NCBI GenBank assembly: GCA_946611835.1
Contig: CAMOEE010000001.1
Coordinates: 1-47,371, forward strand
From: an uncultured Treponema sp.
Lineage (GTDB): Bacteria > Spirochaetota > Spirochaetia > Treponematales > Treponemataceae
Direction of reading: 5' to 3'
DNA: 47,371 nucleotides
Each line of letters begins with the position of its first letter. Position 1 is the first letter of the stretch. The translations under genes were made by a program, and so were the position numbers. Shown here piece after piece: positions 17,570 to 27,511 of the stretch. The notes under the pieces are model-generated. The model worked only from the letters and a program-made list of their open reading frames with translations, did no database searches and had not been told where the DNA came from.

Positions 17570-19783
17570 TTACATCATCCTAACCAGTTCGCTGTACAAG
17601 CCGCCCTTTTCCACCAGCACATCGTGCGTACCCCGCTCAACGATGTTGCCGTGGTCAAGAACGATGATTTCATCGGAGTCTCGTATTGTCGAGAGCCTGT
17701 GGGCAATAATGATGCTGGTGCAGCCCCGCCTTCGGATGTTCTGATCAACAAGCTGCTCGGTGATTGCATCAAGCGCACTTGTGGCCTCGTCCATAATGAT
17801 GATTCTGGGGTTTGTGGCAAGAGCACGGGCAATCTCAAGACGCTGTCTCTGACCGCCGCTGAAATTCTTACCGCCCTCGCTGACAAGTGAAAAATATCCG
17901 CCTTGCCGTGAGGTGATGTCATCATGAATGCAGGCGTCTTTTGCGGCCTGAATATAGACTTCTTCTGGAATCGTCGTGTTCCACATGGTGATGTTGTCTT
18001 TGACCGTTCCCTCGAAAAGCGAGATGCTCTGGTTGACAACTGCAACCGAAGCTGCGAAAGTCTTCCGGTCAATCTCGCTCAGAGGTTTTCCGTCAAACAA
18101 AAGCTCCCCGCTCCACAAAGGATAGGTGGCGCTGATTAGCTTTCCGATTGTGGACTTGCCGCTTCCTGTGGCTCCGACCAGCGCGATTCTTTTTCCAGGA
18201 GTGAATTCAATATTCAAATTTGAGATTAGAGGGGCCGTAAGCGGGGAATAGCCGAAAACAGCATTCTTAATGGAAATATAGCCCTCAAGCTTTTTGATTG
18301 GCGCATATTCTTTGCTGAAAGAATCAGAATAAGATTTTTCGTCAGTTTTCTGAGAGGCATCTTTCGTCTCAAAATCATCCTTGAACATTTTTGGAATCGG
18401 ATATTCCATTACATCATCAATTCGCTGCATGTCGGCATTAGCGGAAAGAAGGGATGCACCTAGGCTCAGGAAGGAATTGATTGGGGAAGAAAAATGTGCC
18501 AGAAGAATCTGAAATGCCATGAGCATACCGACCGTAAGATGACCGTCCATAACCCGGATTGCGCCGAGACCAAGAATCAGGATTCCCTGAATCTGGGAAA
18601 TTGTCTCCGGCACGATTGAATTCGCCGTGTTGGTCTTAACGAGCCGCTGATTCTCCAGAATAAGCTTTGCCTGCTGGCCGGACCACTGCATGAAAAAGTC
18701 ATTTTCTGAGCCGGAAGCCTTAAGAGACTCAATCATCTCGATTCCCGACATAGTTATACCGCTGAGTTTTCCGCCTTCCATCTCGATTTTAAATGACTTA
18801 TTCTTGACCCTCTCGCTCGTAATCTTAAAAATCACTACGAGCAGGATTGTGAGCGACACCGAAATCACTGTGAGGGGAATATCATACATGAGCATTAAAA
18901 CGAGGAAGAAAACCGTGCTGAAGAGGTTAATTATAACCCCGATAAGCTGCCCGGAGACAAGGCTGGCAATCGAATCGCAGGAAGAAATTCGGTTACAAAG
19001 CTCACCCGGAAGCCTCTGAACAAAAAACTGGAGCGGCATCCTGAAAATATGGTCGATGAATTTTGAAGCCGAAGAAAGGCTCAGTCGTACCTGAAAGCGC
19101 ATCAAAACCGTATTCTGAATCGCCTGTAATATAGTAGAAAGCACGCAGGTAACGGCCATTACAAAAAGCAGGGGTTTTAAATGCCCCATGGAATTTTTGA
19201 CAAGAATCTCATCAACAAAAAATCGTGAGAAAGTAGGATAAACAAAACCGGGAATAAAATAGAGGAAACTTAAGAATCCGAGGAAAGTAAAGATTGAAGA
19301 AAGCCCATTGAGCCTTTTTTTGAGCCTGTTCCAGATTTTAGGCTTTTCGCCGCCCAGAAGGAAATCAGGCCCCGGCTCAAAAGTGAGCACGACACCGGTA
19401 AAGGACTCGTCAAATTCGTCCATGTCAACGGAACGCCGGCCCAGGGCCGGATCATTTATAACGACTGAATGGCGCTTAAATCTCTCAAAAACAACGAAAT
19501 GATTGAAATTCCAGAAGATAATTGCCGGCCGGTCAAGCTCACGGAGAGAATCGACTTCCATTTTGAAGCCCTTTGCTTCAAGACCGTACCTTTTTGCAGC
19601 CTTAATAAGGTTGCTGGCCCTCGTTCCGTCTCGAGAGACACCACACTCCATACGAAGTTCTTCCAGTGAAACATATTTGTGATAATAAGAAAGAATCATC
19701 GAAAGGCTTGCGGCGCCGCATTCAAGGGCTTCCATCTGCAAAACCGTCGGTGCCTTTACCTTTTTAAAAAACGGAAATTTCAT
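17570..19783 (-). CDS. NHLM-type ABC transporter with C39 peptidase domain
   Basis: PTVLQMEALECGAASL (catalytic Cys), CGVSRDG, WNFNHFVV (His), GATGSGKST, FSGGQRQR. Confidence 0.95.
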   Translation of the reverse strand: MKFPFFKKVKAPTVLQMEALECGAASLSMILSYYHKYVSLEELRMECGVSRDGTRASNLIKAAKRYGLEAKGFKMEVDSLRELDRPAIIFWNFNHFVVFERFKRHSVVINDPALGRRSVDMDEFDESFTGVVLTFEPGPDFLLGGEKPKIWNRLKKRLNGLSSIFTFLGFLSFLYFIPGFVYPTFSRFFVDEILVKNSMGHLKPLLFVMAVTCVLSTILQAIQNTVLMRFQVRLSLSSASKFIDHIFRMPLQFFVQRLPGELCNRISSCDSIASLVSGQLIGVIINLFSTVFFLVLMLMYDIPLTVISVSLTILLVVIFKITSERVKNKSFKIEMEGGKLSGITMSGIEMIESLKASGSENDFFMQWSGQQAKLILENQRLVKTNTANSIVPETISQIQGILILGLGAIRVMDGHLTVGMLMAFQILLAHFSSPINSFLSLGASLLSANADMQRIDDVMEYPIPKMFKDDFETKDASQKTDEKSYSDSFSKEYAPIKKLEGYISIKNAVFGYSPLTAPLISNLNIEFTPGKRIALVGATGSGKSTIGKLISATYPLWSGELLFDGKPLSEIDRKTFAASVAVVNQSISLFEGTVKDNITMWNTTIPEEVYIQAAKDACIHDDITSRQGGYFSLVSEGGKNFSGGQRQRLEIARALATNPRIIIMDEATSALDAITEQLVDQNIRRRGCTSIIIAHRLSTIRDSDEIIVLDHGNIVERGTHDVLVEKGGLYSELVRMM

Positions 19784-19837
19784 TTAATTCAGTATAGTTT
19801 AATTTAAGTAAAGTGTCAGTAGAAATCTAAAAACGAG

Positions 19838-19873
19838 AAAAGCTCCCCTGATATGAACCAAAGGAGCTTTTTT
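19838..19873. terminator. Intrinsic terminator
   Basis: AAAAGCTCC...GGAGCTTTT inverted repeat with T runs on both strands. Confidence 0.7.
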
Positions 19874-19922
19874 GCTGAATATTAAAAAACAGTAAGAATC
19901 CGGGCCTTAATGCTCATTCCCA

Positions 19923-20330
19923 TTAATTGGTCGGCTTTCTCACACGAATTGTAAAGATTGGGGCTGTCTCGTCAGCCTGACTGAAGGCCTGGTCCTCGAT
20001 GATTTCGATGTAATACTGATTTCCTTCTTTGAACCTGCCAAGATAAACGCAATTTGGATCTGTTATCTGATCGCAAAATCCTCGCTGCTATTCCAGGTAT
20101 AGCTAAAGCGCGTATCTCGTCCAAGGTCATAAGCAATGTGAAAGAAATAATCCTCCATTTCTTCAAAGTCCATTTCATCAAGCGAATGGGTATCCGGGAG
20201 GCTGACTTCTGTAGTGTGTTTCCATATGTCAAAAGAGTTTTAATATTATTTTCAAGAATTTCCGACTAATAAACGCATTAAAAAAGTACGATTCCCGAAC
20301 AGAGAAGTCCGGCCAGAAAAGCCCCGTGAC
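19923..20330 (-). pseudogene. Broken 3' remnant of an unidentified gene
   Basis: Protein-like fragments in different frames: SLDEMDFEEMEDYFFHIAYDLGRDTRFSYTW and GRFKEGNQYYIEIIED...IFTIRVRKPTN*, ending before the terminator. Confidence 0.4.
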
Positions 20331-20536
20331 TGCAGGAATTCCATCTGTTCCTGCATCTTCTCCACCTCAAGCTCAGGATAAAATGTATGGATTGCCGCAA
20401 ATGCCGATTCGGGATTCGTTGCGGCATCAATAATCATTGAAATCTTCTCTATATCAAAATTCTCAGTAACTCTCGCAATTGTTTCTTCTGCGACACCCTT
20501 CCGTGCCAGAATCGTCCTCATTTCTGAGTTTGTCAT
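20252..20536 (-). CDS. Candidate Nif11/NHLP-like precursor N-terminus, apparently truncated
   Basis: AAGGAG RBS, ECF-type promoter upstream, acidic helical first ~70 aa, lies ahead of the C39 transporter; no GG cleavage motif, and the tail after MEFLQS changes composition. Confidence 0.5.
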   Translation of the reverse strand: MTNSEMRTILARKGVAEETIARVTENFDIEKISMIIDAATNPESAFAAIHTFYPELEVEKMQEQMEFLQSRGFSGRTSLFGNRTFLMRLLVGNS

Positions 20537-20575
20537 ACCTTTTTTTGCTCCTTCGTATTTTTACCGGTTTTCTTT

Positions 20576-20607
20576 TATTTATACGAAGAAAACTTAAAAA
20601 AGGCTAA
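20576..20607 (-). promoter_or_regulatory. Putative ECF promoter, copy 2
   Basis: TTAGCC-N16-CGTATAAATA, same boxes and spacing as 11961-11992. Confidence 0.75.
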
Positions 20608-20637
20608 AAAAATGGCGGCAAAAATGCTTGCCGCCAT
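20606..20637 (-). terminator. Terminator of the chemoreceptor gene
   Basis: ATGGCGGCAA/TTGCCGCCAT stem followed by a T run on the minus strand. Confidence 0.75.
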
Positions 20638-20664
20638 GATATTTTTGATTTTCCCCTGCCTTAC

Positions 20665-22731
20665 TTATACCTCAAGATTTGTAATCGCAGTTTTGATTTC
20701 GGCCGTTCCGATTTTAAGGTGCTCAGCCGCATCCGAGACCGCTTTCTGTACTTCTTTGAGCTTGCCCATACTCTCAAGCAGCATCTCTCCGCCGTTGTTC
20801 TGCTCCTCAACAGAAGAGTGAACCATGCCCTCCTGAGTTTTGACCTGGCCCGAAAGGGTTACGATTCTGTCAAATTCCTTTGAGACCTCATCGGTTCTTG
20901 CTGTTGTGGTGTCAATCAGGCCCTTCATGTTCTTTAAAACATTGTCAATTGACTTTGCCTCTTTGCTGGAACTTTCGGCCAGCTTTCGGATTTCTGATGC
21001 GACTACGGCAAAGCCCTTTCCGGCCTCACCGGCGTGACTTGCCTCGATTGCGGCGTTCATTGAAAGAAGGTTTGTCTGGGCTGCAATCTGGTCGATTGTC
21101 TTTCCCATCTCCACAAGGCCCTTAGAACTTTCTTCGATTTTCTGAACCAGGGCATTAATCTCGCGCACGCTTGCCTGACCGACATTCGTTGCTCCCTCAA
21201 GCTCGTTTACGGCGGCGAAGTTCTTCTGCAAGATTGCGTTGATTGAACCGATATTACCGATCATCTGCTCGACGGCCGAAACCGAAGAATTGACATTCTC
21301 TGACATCTGGTCGGTGACTTTCGTAAGAGAGCTGACATTCTTTTCGTTTTCTTCAAGGCAGGCAACGCTCTTTCCCGTGACTTTCTGGATAGAAGCGCTG
21401 ATTTCGTCCTTAAAATCCCTGGTCATTTTGTGCATGACATAGTAAGAGCAGTGAGACATCTGGTTTACGCCGTTATGAATTGCCTTTGCCATTTCCTCAC
21501 AGGAACGATAGCCGCAGGCCTGGCAGTCGAGGATATCCTTTTCTTCAAATTTGCCCATCTCACCGAAGATTTTCTGGATTTCAGCCTTTGAAGGCTCCCT
21601 GAGATGTCTGACCGACGAGCTCCTGTCAACATAATTTCTCTTGTAGATTGACTCTTCCCAGAATTTATCAATCGTTGCATTGAGTTTTTTAAGCCCCTTT
21701 TTCATTTTGCGGTCGTTATCCATTTTCCAGAGAGACTTACGCTCTTCAGCACGGCTTTCGATATAGTTCTCAACCTCGTCAATCGGCATGTTCTGGTTGT
21801 CAGTTCCCGCACCACAGTTACAACCATGGGCGCAGTTGAGGCAGTCGATGAGCTGATACATCGGAGTCTTACCCTTTTTTATGTCCTCGCTCAGCTGCTC
21901 GAAATACTCGTAGACTTCCGGGAAACCTTCGATTTTGCGGGTGTTCTTTTGGATTCCTTTTACGAACCTGTCCGCAGTACGCAGGAGACCGCCCGGAGTT
22001 GAGTAAAGAACTCCCCTCTCAGCAGGCGGATTGTCATATTCAGTTTTCGGAAAGGAAGCGAGATTAATATTATTCTGCTTGAAATGCTCAGAAATAGAAT
22101 GCATGGTGACATTGAAGTCCCCGAGGCCGTTCTCATCAAATTCCCGTCTTTTTGCATAGCATGGAGAAATTGCGGCAACCTTGCAGTTGGCATATTCCGG
22201 GTAGAATTTTTTAATCATTGTGACAGTATGGGCCATAGGGCTGTCAGCCGGGGAAAGATACTGAATCAGCTCAGGATGATAAAGCTCAATCCAGGTGACG
22301 ATTGCCGGACAAGGCTGGGAAATCACGAGCTTAGGATTGTTCTTTTTGATATGCTCGACATAAGACTTGGTCGTAAGCTCGGCACCAAAACTTACATCAA
22401 AAACAGCCTTTACGCCGATTGATTTGAGCCAGCCGTTAAGCTCAAGATCCCTGCCCTTGAATTGAGCGGCGGCGGCAGGAGCAACAATCGCAACAACCCC
22501 GTCGCCTTTTTTGAGGGCCTTGAAGAAATCATCTGCATCATCAATTCCATAGCGGGCCCCGTGAGTACAGGCCTCAATACATGCACCGCAACCAATACAA
22601 AGCTCATGGTTGACTTTTACATAATCGCCTGAACCGTCGTTACACATTTTTGAAGGACAGACCGCAATACAACGGTGACAGTTAACACATTTGTCTTTAT
22701 CAACAAAAATTACCGGTTTCAACTCTGACAT
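20665..22731 (-). CDS. Soluble chemoreceptor: 2x[4Fe-4S] + [FeFe]-hydrogenase-like domain + FeS + MCP signalling domain
   Basis: CVNCHRC...[75 protein letters not shown]; no TM helix. Confidence 0.9.
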   Translation of the reverse strand: MSELKPVIFVDKDKCVNCHRCIAVCPSKMCNDGSGDYVKVNHELCIGCGACIEACTHGARYGIDDADDFFKALKKGDGVVAIVAPAAAAQFKGRDLELNGWLKSIGVKAVFDVSFGAELTTKSYVEHIKKNNPKLVISQPCPAIVTWIELYHPELIQYLSPADSPMAHTVTMIKKFYPEYANCKVAAISPCYAKRREFDENGLGDFNVTMHSISEHFKQNNINLASFPKTEYDNPPAERGVLYSTPGGLLRTADRFVKGIQKNTRKIEGFPEVYEYFEQLSEDIKKGKTPMYQLIDCLNCAHGCNCGAGTDNQNMPIDEVENYIESRAEERKSLWKMDNDRKMKKGLKKLNATIDKFWEESIYKRNYVDRSSSVRHLREPSKAEIQKIFGEMGKFEEKDILDCQACGYRSCEEMAKAIHNGVNQMSHCSYYVMHKMTRDFKDEISASIQKVTGKSVACLEENEKNVSSLTKVTDQMSENVNSSVSAVEQMIGNIGSINAILQKNFAAVNELEGATNVGQASVREINALVQKIEESSKGLVEMGKTIDQIAAQTNLLSMNAAIEASHAGEAGKGFAVVASEIRKLAESSSKEAKSIDNVLKNMKGLIDTTTARTDEVSKEFDRIVTLSGQVKTQEGMVHSSVEEQNNGGEMLLESMGKLKEVQKAVSDAAEHLKIGTAEIKTAITNLEV

Positions 22732-22954
22732 TTTAGTACCCTATCAAAAAAAATATTTAAGTGGATTGTACACACAATTTAAAGAAAATTTCAATATATA
22801 TCAACAGCCTATTTGAATATTCTTACATTTTTTGCACTTTTTTAGCATATTACGCATATAGCCAAAGATTTTTTGACACGGAAAAATACAAGAAGAAGAC
22901 ACAAGAACGATTATGCCAAGAGCGAAATGGCTAAAAAAATGCTATAATATCTTG

Positions 22955-23785
22955 ATGACTACTACATTCACTTCTCTTACGGCCGAAGAAGAGAAAATCC
23001 TCGAATCATATTGCGAGAATCATTTTGTCTCTTTCAATGCAAGCGGCGAGGAAGACTTGTCTTTCCTCACTTTCTGGCGCAATTTCATCTCCGGGCTAGA
23101 AGAATCAGGCCCATCCGCTGCCATAAATACAATGCTTATTCCTGACCTGCCAGTTCAATTCAATCAGGAAGAAGGTATCTCGGCAGAAATTTACAATTCG
23201 ACGGCAGGGGAAATTCCGGTCATCACAATCAGGGACAGCGAAGACTTCGAAAAGCTCGTAACAAACCTGATTCACAAAGGGAAAAGGCCCGAAAACCTTG
23301 GCTCAACCGGGGCTTCCTTCGTTTTCGGAAAGAAAACACGATTCATAATCCTCTCTCAAAAACCCTACAGCAATGTTTCTGCGCGCACGCTTGGCCTCAA
23401 AGAAGAAGACTGGCTAAAAAAATCGCTTCAAATCAGGCTGGAGCATGAATGCACTCATTTTTTCACCAAGAAATTTTACGGAAGGGCACAGAATCACCTG
23501 CACGACGAGCTTATCGCAGACTTTTTCGGCATTCTCTCGGCTTTTTCTTTTTACAAGGCCGAATACTTTGAATATTTCATGGGAATAAGGGGTAATGAAG
23601 GAAGCCGACTTTCCTGCTACATTCCCCACAGTTCCAAAAATCTTTTAATAGCCCTGAAAGAAAAAGCTTCCCGGGCAGCATTTTTCCTCGAAGATTTGTC
23701 AAAAAAAGCGGATTTTCAGGCCCTCTCAAAGAGCGGGAAAATCCGCCGTTTATGCGAAACTGACCTGCTGAAAATTCCGGATTAA
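22955..23785 (+). CDS. HExxH metal-binding protein (DUF7005-like)
   Basis: RFIILSQKPYSNV, RLEHECTHF, HLHDELIADF; TGCTATAAT 6 nt before ATG 22955. Confidence 0.65.
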   Translation: MTTTFTSLTAEEEKILESYCENHFVSFNASGEEDLSFLTFWRNFISGLEESGPSAAINTMLIPDLPVQFNQEEGISAEIYNSTAGEIPVITIRDSEDFEKLVTNLIHKGKRPENLGSTGASFVFGKKTRFIILSQKPYSNVSARTLGLKEEDWLKKSLQIRLEHECTHFFTKKFYGRAQNHLHDELIADFFGILSAFSFYKAEYFEYFMGIRGNEGSRLSCYIPHSSKNLLIALKEKASRAAFFLEDLSKKADFQALSKSGKIRRLCETDLLKIPD

Positions 23786-23786
23786 A

Positions 23787-24905
23787 CTAACGGGCCTGCT
23801 GAGCCGGCTGCTGAACCGTAAATTCCTCGCCAACTCCGAGCAGTTTTTTCTTGATTGTCGGAAGAATCAGAGAGATTGGTCTTCTTGAATCGGTAGTGAC
23901 TCTCGCCGTACAAATGTAGCCTGAGCCAATTTTTTGGGCAGGACCTTTTGAAGATGACCATTTGTAGCCTGAATATGTAGTCGGGTCAGGGATAATGCTT
24001 ACCTTGACCTCAATCGGGTTCTGAATCTGATGGAATGTATTCGCAAGGCTCATGTTCTGGAGGCTGGAAACAAGATAATTGTCGCTGACAGGAAACTCGG
24101 AGACATCAGTGATAAGCCCCTGAATAAAACCGTATTCCTCCTGCTTGACAGTGGTCGGGGCCAGACCGATTTTCATGCCCGGGCGGATTTTCTTTCCTTC
24201 CATTGCCGGAAAGTAAACGAGGGCGCCGATTGTAGCCTCATCGCTGCCTGACTCAATCACGGCAATCGTGCTTCCAGGCTGAACATAATCGCCCCTTCGC
24301 ACAGGAATCTCCATTATTCGGCCGCTTGCCGTCGCAGAAACCTGGGTCGCTGTCTGGTAACTATCGTTCAACAGAAGAATCTGCTGTTTTGTCTCTGTAA
24401 TCTGCTGCTCAATATTCAGCTCTGTCTGGCGGGAGTTGAGGTATTCCTGCTCAGTGATAAGTCCCTGGTCAAAAAGACTCTTCATCATCTGGGGCTTTGA
24501 GGCACCGGTCTTACTCGCAGACTGAATCACGGCCTGCATCTTGATGTAGCCGTCAAGTTTCTTTTCGTTGACCTTGATTTGGTCAAGAATATCCTGTCTT
24601 TCGATTCGCGCTATAATCTGACCATTATGAACCATATCTCCATGATTCACGAAAATATTTTTTACCGCACCCTGATTCGCATATTTTACGCTTGTAATGA
24701 AGTCGCTGTTAACAAGAACTCCCGTTCCGCTGACGGTATCAGGTACAGAACCAAATATACCCCACAGAAGGGCCACGAAAACGATGATAGCCACTGAAAT
24801 CAAGGCAAGGATACTCGATGGTTTTACGACCGTCATTGTCTGATCAAGCTGATCGAGAGAAGCGATTCTATCCAAAGCTGATTTTCTGAAAATTGCGCGT
24901 TTCAT
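23787..24905 (-). CDS. NHLM-type secretion protein (HlyD membrane fusion protein)
   Basis: IFRKSALDRIASLDQLD, single TM, GKKIRPGM, TVKQEEYGFIQG, SGYKWSSSKGP. Confidence 0.92.
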   Translation of the reverse strand: MKRAIFRKSALDRIASLDQLDQTMTVVKPSSILALISVAIIVFVALLWGIFGSVPDTVSGTGVLVNSDFITSVKYANQGAVKNIFVNHGDMVHNGQIIARIERQDILDQIKVNEKKLDGYIKMQAVIQSASKTGASKPQMMKSLFDQGLITEQEYLNSRQTELNIEQQITETKQQILLLNDSYQTATQVSATASGRIMEIPVRRGDYVQPGSTIAVIESGSDEATIGALVYFPAMEGKKIRPGMKIGLAPTTVKQEEYGFIQGLITDVSEFPVSDNYLVSSLQNMSLANTFHQIQNPIEVKVSIIPDPTTYSGYKWSSSKGPAQKIGSGYICTARVTTDSRRPISLILPTIKKKLLGVGEEFTVQQPAQQAR

Positions 24906-24943
24906 AGGTTAACTATAATTTAAAAATCAAGAAGGTGAAAGTC

Positions 24944-25504
24944 TTAAACACGGCTCCAGAGGGCACAATAAGCCTGAGTTCGGGCCGCAAAACGGGCAAC
25001 CTTCAGAAGAGCACGGATTTCTGCTTTCGTGTACCAGAAAGCCTCGATTTCTTCCATCTCTGAATCGCTCGGCCTAATCTCACCGCTGGCAGTTCCCGTA
25101 ATCACAATATTCTTTTCGTTCGAGAAACCGACGGCAGAATAGCTCTCAAACCAAATCTCTTCTATATGAAGAAGCTTGAGCCCGGTCTCCTCCCTGAGTT
25201 CCCGCTCGGCCGCCGAAGCCGCATCCTCACCGCTGTCAATAAGACCCGCCGGAAAATTGTAAACCCACTCCCCCGTCGCCATCCGATATTCGCGTGAAAG
25301 AAGAATCTGCTCCTTTTCTTCGTCGTGCATAATCATGACAACGGCATCGACACGCCCGCCACGCAGATCATCAAAATCCTTTATGTTAGGGTTTCGGCTT
25401 ATCATCTCGTAGGTCTTGGTCTTTCCGCTGGCAGTCTCGTACTCGATGTTGTAGCGGGTAATGAATTTTCCCTGATGTATCTTCTGAATTGACTTGAATT
25501 TCAT
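24944..25504 (-). CDS. NUDIX hydrolase (ADP-ribose pyrophosphatase-like)
   Basis: Nudix box PAGLIDSGEDAASAAERELREETG. Confidence 0.92.
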   Translation of the reverse strand: MKFKSIQKIHQGKFITRYNIEYETASGKTKTYEMISRNPNIKDFDDLRGGRVDAVVMIMHDEEKEQILLSREYRMATGEWVYNFPAGLIDSGEDAASAAERELREETGLKLLHIEEIWFESYSAVGFSNEKNIVITGTASGEIRPSDSEMEEIEAFWYTKAEIRALLKVARFAARTQAYCALWSRV

Positions 25505-25507
25505 GGC

Positions 25508-26902
25508 CTACACTCCGCTGATCGTCTCGTAGTAGATGCATCCGTGGCTGCACTTGCCCTTGAACGCTCCATCACAGATCGGCATCTTGCACAGCATCTG
25601 AGCCTCATCATCGGTGCGGCTGATTCTTTTGCGCACATAACCGATGTTCTCAAAATTCTGCTCCTTGCCTTTTTCGAGAGCAGCGCAAGTGTTTATCCAG
25701 ACGACATTGCAGTCATCATGGGCACACAAGTCAAACGAACGGCGGAATTCATAAGAGCCAGTTGAAAAGGACGGAACGATAATCAGCGTGAGCTTGAAGC
25801 AGCGCATGAGCTGTTCCATGTACTTTGTGGTCAAAAAGTCCTTACAGATGAGGATTGCGATGCGCCCGATTCCCTCAAAGTGAAATATGTTCACGACAAG
25901 GCTGGAAAGTATTCCCTCAAGGTAACCGGTACCATTCATGTCAGCCCTGAAAGGATTCTGCTTGCTCTGGCGGGAAATTATGCTGCCGAATTTATCAAGA
26001 ATCGTGACAGTGTTACCTCGTTTTTCCCAAAAAGATGGAAGAATTATGAGAGAAGGGATTTTTGCCCGCTCCTCATCGGTCAGGGCCTTGAGTTTTTTAG
26101 TGATGAAGTCCGTCATCTCGGGATTTCCCAGCATCTCCGGGAATACGATTATGTCGCTGTCATTCTGTGAAGAAGTTACGATTTTCTGCCAGATAAGCTC
26201 GTTCTCGGACTCCCAGCCGGAATTGTCATAGGCAATCTCAAAATACTGAACCTTATCCTTTGAATAAGGCACGACATCAAACCTGCGCTCAAGGCGAAGG
26301 GGCGTCGCAGCGATTTTGACAGAACGGTTTTTAGCAAAATTGGGAAATAAATCTTTTCTGAGGAAGAAATGCTTGTCAATCAGCTCGCCAAGAATAGAGT
26401 TTTCCATAAGGAGCATGTTGAACAGAAAATTATCCATTCGGTTGTAGCTGTGACTAAGCCTGTGTTTTCGTTCCCAGACACATGATGTGCGCGGAAGAAG
26501 GCCGATTCCAGTAGATTCCCTGTTGCTGTTGAGCACAACAGAAAAATCATCTGCCTGAAATTCGGCGATTTTCTCCTGCAGAAGGGTCTCAAGGCTCTCG
26601 TCAAGAATTTGAATCAGGCCAACAATCGCAAAGAAATATTTGTCTTTCTTAAAGACCTCGATGAGCTCCTCAAGTTTCTCATAGAAATCTTCGGTCAGCT
26701 CATCCTCTGCGACATGGTGAATCTGAAAAATCCTGAACCCATCGCTCTCCTTCTCAAACAGAACCGGAAGAGCCTCAAAAACAAGCTCGTTGATTTTGAA
26801 TTTCTCGGCATTCGAAATACAACTGAAATGCACAAAGAACTCTTCCGCACAGGATTTGATTATGAGAGAACAAAGTTCTGCGATTATGTTGTAGATTTTC
26901 AC
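25508..26902 (-). CDS. Protein with C-terminal carbon-nitrogen hydrolase (nitrilase-fold) domain
   Basis: DIIVFPE (Glu), QSKQ (Lys), GRIAILICKDF (Cys), LIIVPS; N-terminal half not recognised. Confidence 0.65.
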   Translation of the reverse strand: MKIYNIIAELCSLIIKSCAEEFFVHFSCISNAEKFKINELVFEALPVLFEKESDGFRIFQIHHVAEDELTEDFYEKLEELIEVFKKDKYFFAIVGLIQILDESLETLLQEKIAEFQADDFSVVLNSNRESTGIGLLPRTSCVWERKHRLSHSYNRMDNFLFNMLLMENSILGELIDKHFFLRKDLFPNFAKNRSVKIAATPLRLERRFDVVPYSKDKVQYFEIAYDNSGWESENELIWQKIVTSSQNDSDIIVFPEMLGNPEMTDFITKKLKALTDEERAKIPSLIILPSFWEKRGNTVTILDKFGSIISRQSKQNPFRADMNGTGYLEGILSSLVVNIFHFEGIGRIAILICKDFLTTKYMEQLMRCFKLTLIIVPSFSTGSYEFRRSFDLCAHDDCNVVWINTCAALEKGKEQNFENIGYVRKRISRTDDEAQMLCKMPICDGAFKGKCSHGCIYYETISGV

Positions 26903-26905
26903 GGC

Positions 26906-27502
26906 TTAAAACGATTTCTTTACGATAATCTCGACTTTCTTGCCCTGAATTCCAACCAGAACCTCATCGGCTATGTTCGCAATTATAGAGCGCTCAAGCT
27001 CATCCCACTTCTCGCTCTGCTCCTTCTTTGCCTTGTTACGGTAAGCCGCAAGCGACCAGGCCTGAGCTGAAAAAGAATTAACGCCGGAAAGTCCGTCGCT
27101 GTAAAAGCCATAGCCCAAAGGCATATCGGCCGCATTGGTCTCGTAGTCAATCATCATGAAGGCAGCAGCCAGCTTGATTTTTGCCATGATTCCTTTGGCA
27201 GAAGCGTTTTTACCGGAAGAAGAAACCTCAAGCAATTTTTCGCGTTTGTCGCTCGTGAGGGCTTCATTTGGAGCAAGCTCTGTGTGAAGCTCGAATTTAT
27301 TGCCCTCGCTCTCAACCCAGAATTCTCCGTCAGAAAATTCAAGGAGCTCAGGCAACATCCCGACGAGCTCTTCCGCAAGAAGTCGAAGACGGCCCGCATC
27401 CTTTTTTGAAAGATTTGAGTAAGATGCAGCCTTTTCTGTCTCATCCAGCAATGCCGAAAGGGACTCCGCTCCCTGAGAAAGTTTGCAAATATCAGATTTC
27501 AT
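26906..27502 (-). CDS. Degenerate RsbW-like anti-sigma factor / ATPase-fold protein
   Basis: LRLLAEEL helix and terminal IIVKK strand like RsbW; directly behind a STAS gene; canonical G-boxes absent. Confidence 0.55.
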   Translation of the reverse strand: MKSDICKLSQGAESLSALLDETEKAASYSNLSKKDAGRLRLLAEELVGMLPELLEFSDGEFWVESEGNKFELHTELAPNEALTSDKREKLLEVSSSGKNASAKGIMAKIKLAAAFMMIDYETNAADMPLGYGFYSDGLSGVNSFSAQAWSLAAYRNKAKKEQSEKWDELERSIIANIADEVLVGIQGKKVEIIVKKSF

Positions 27503-27511
27503 TATCTGCTC

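Noticed and set aside
19972-20232. 86-aa ORF as a bacteriocin core or immunity gene
   Set aside because: TTG start without RBS; the protein-like fragments are in other frames.
25508-26902. Reverse transcriptase-nitrilase (DRT1-type) defence gene
   Set aside because: No YxDD reverse transcriptase motif in this or neighbouring ORFs.
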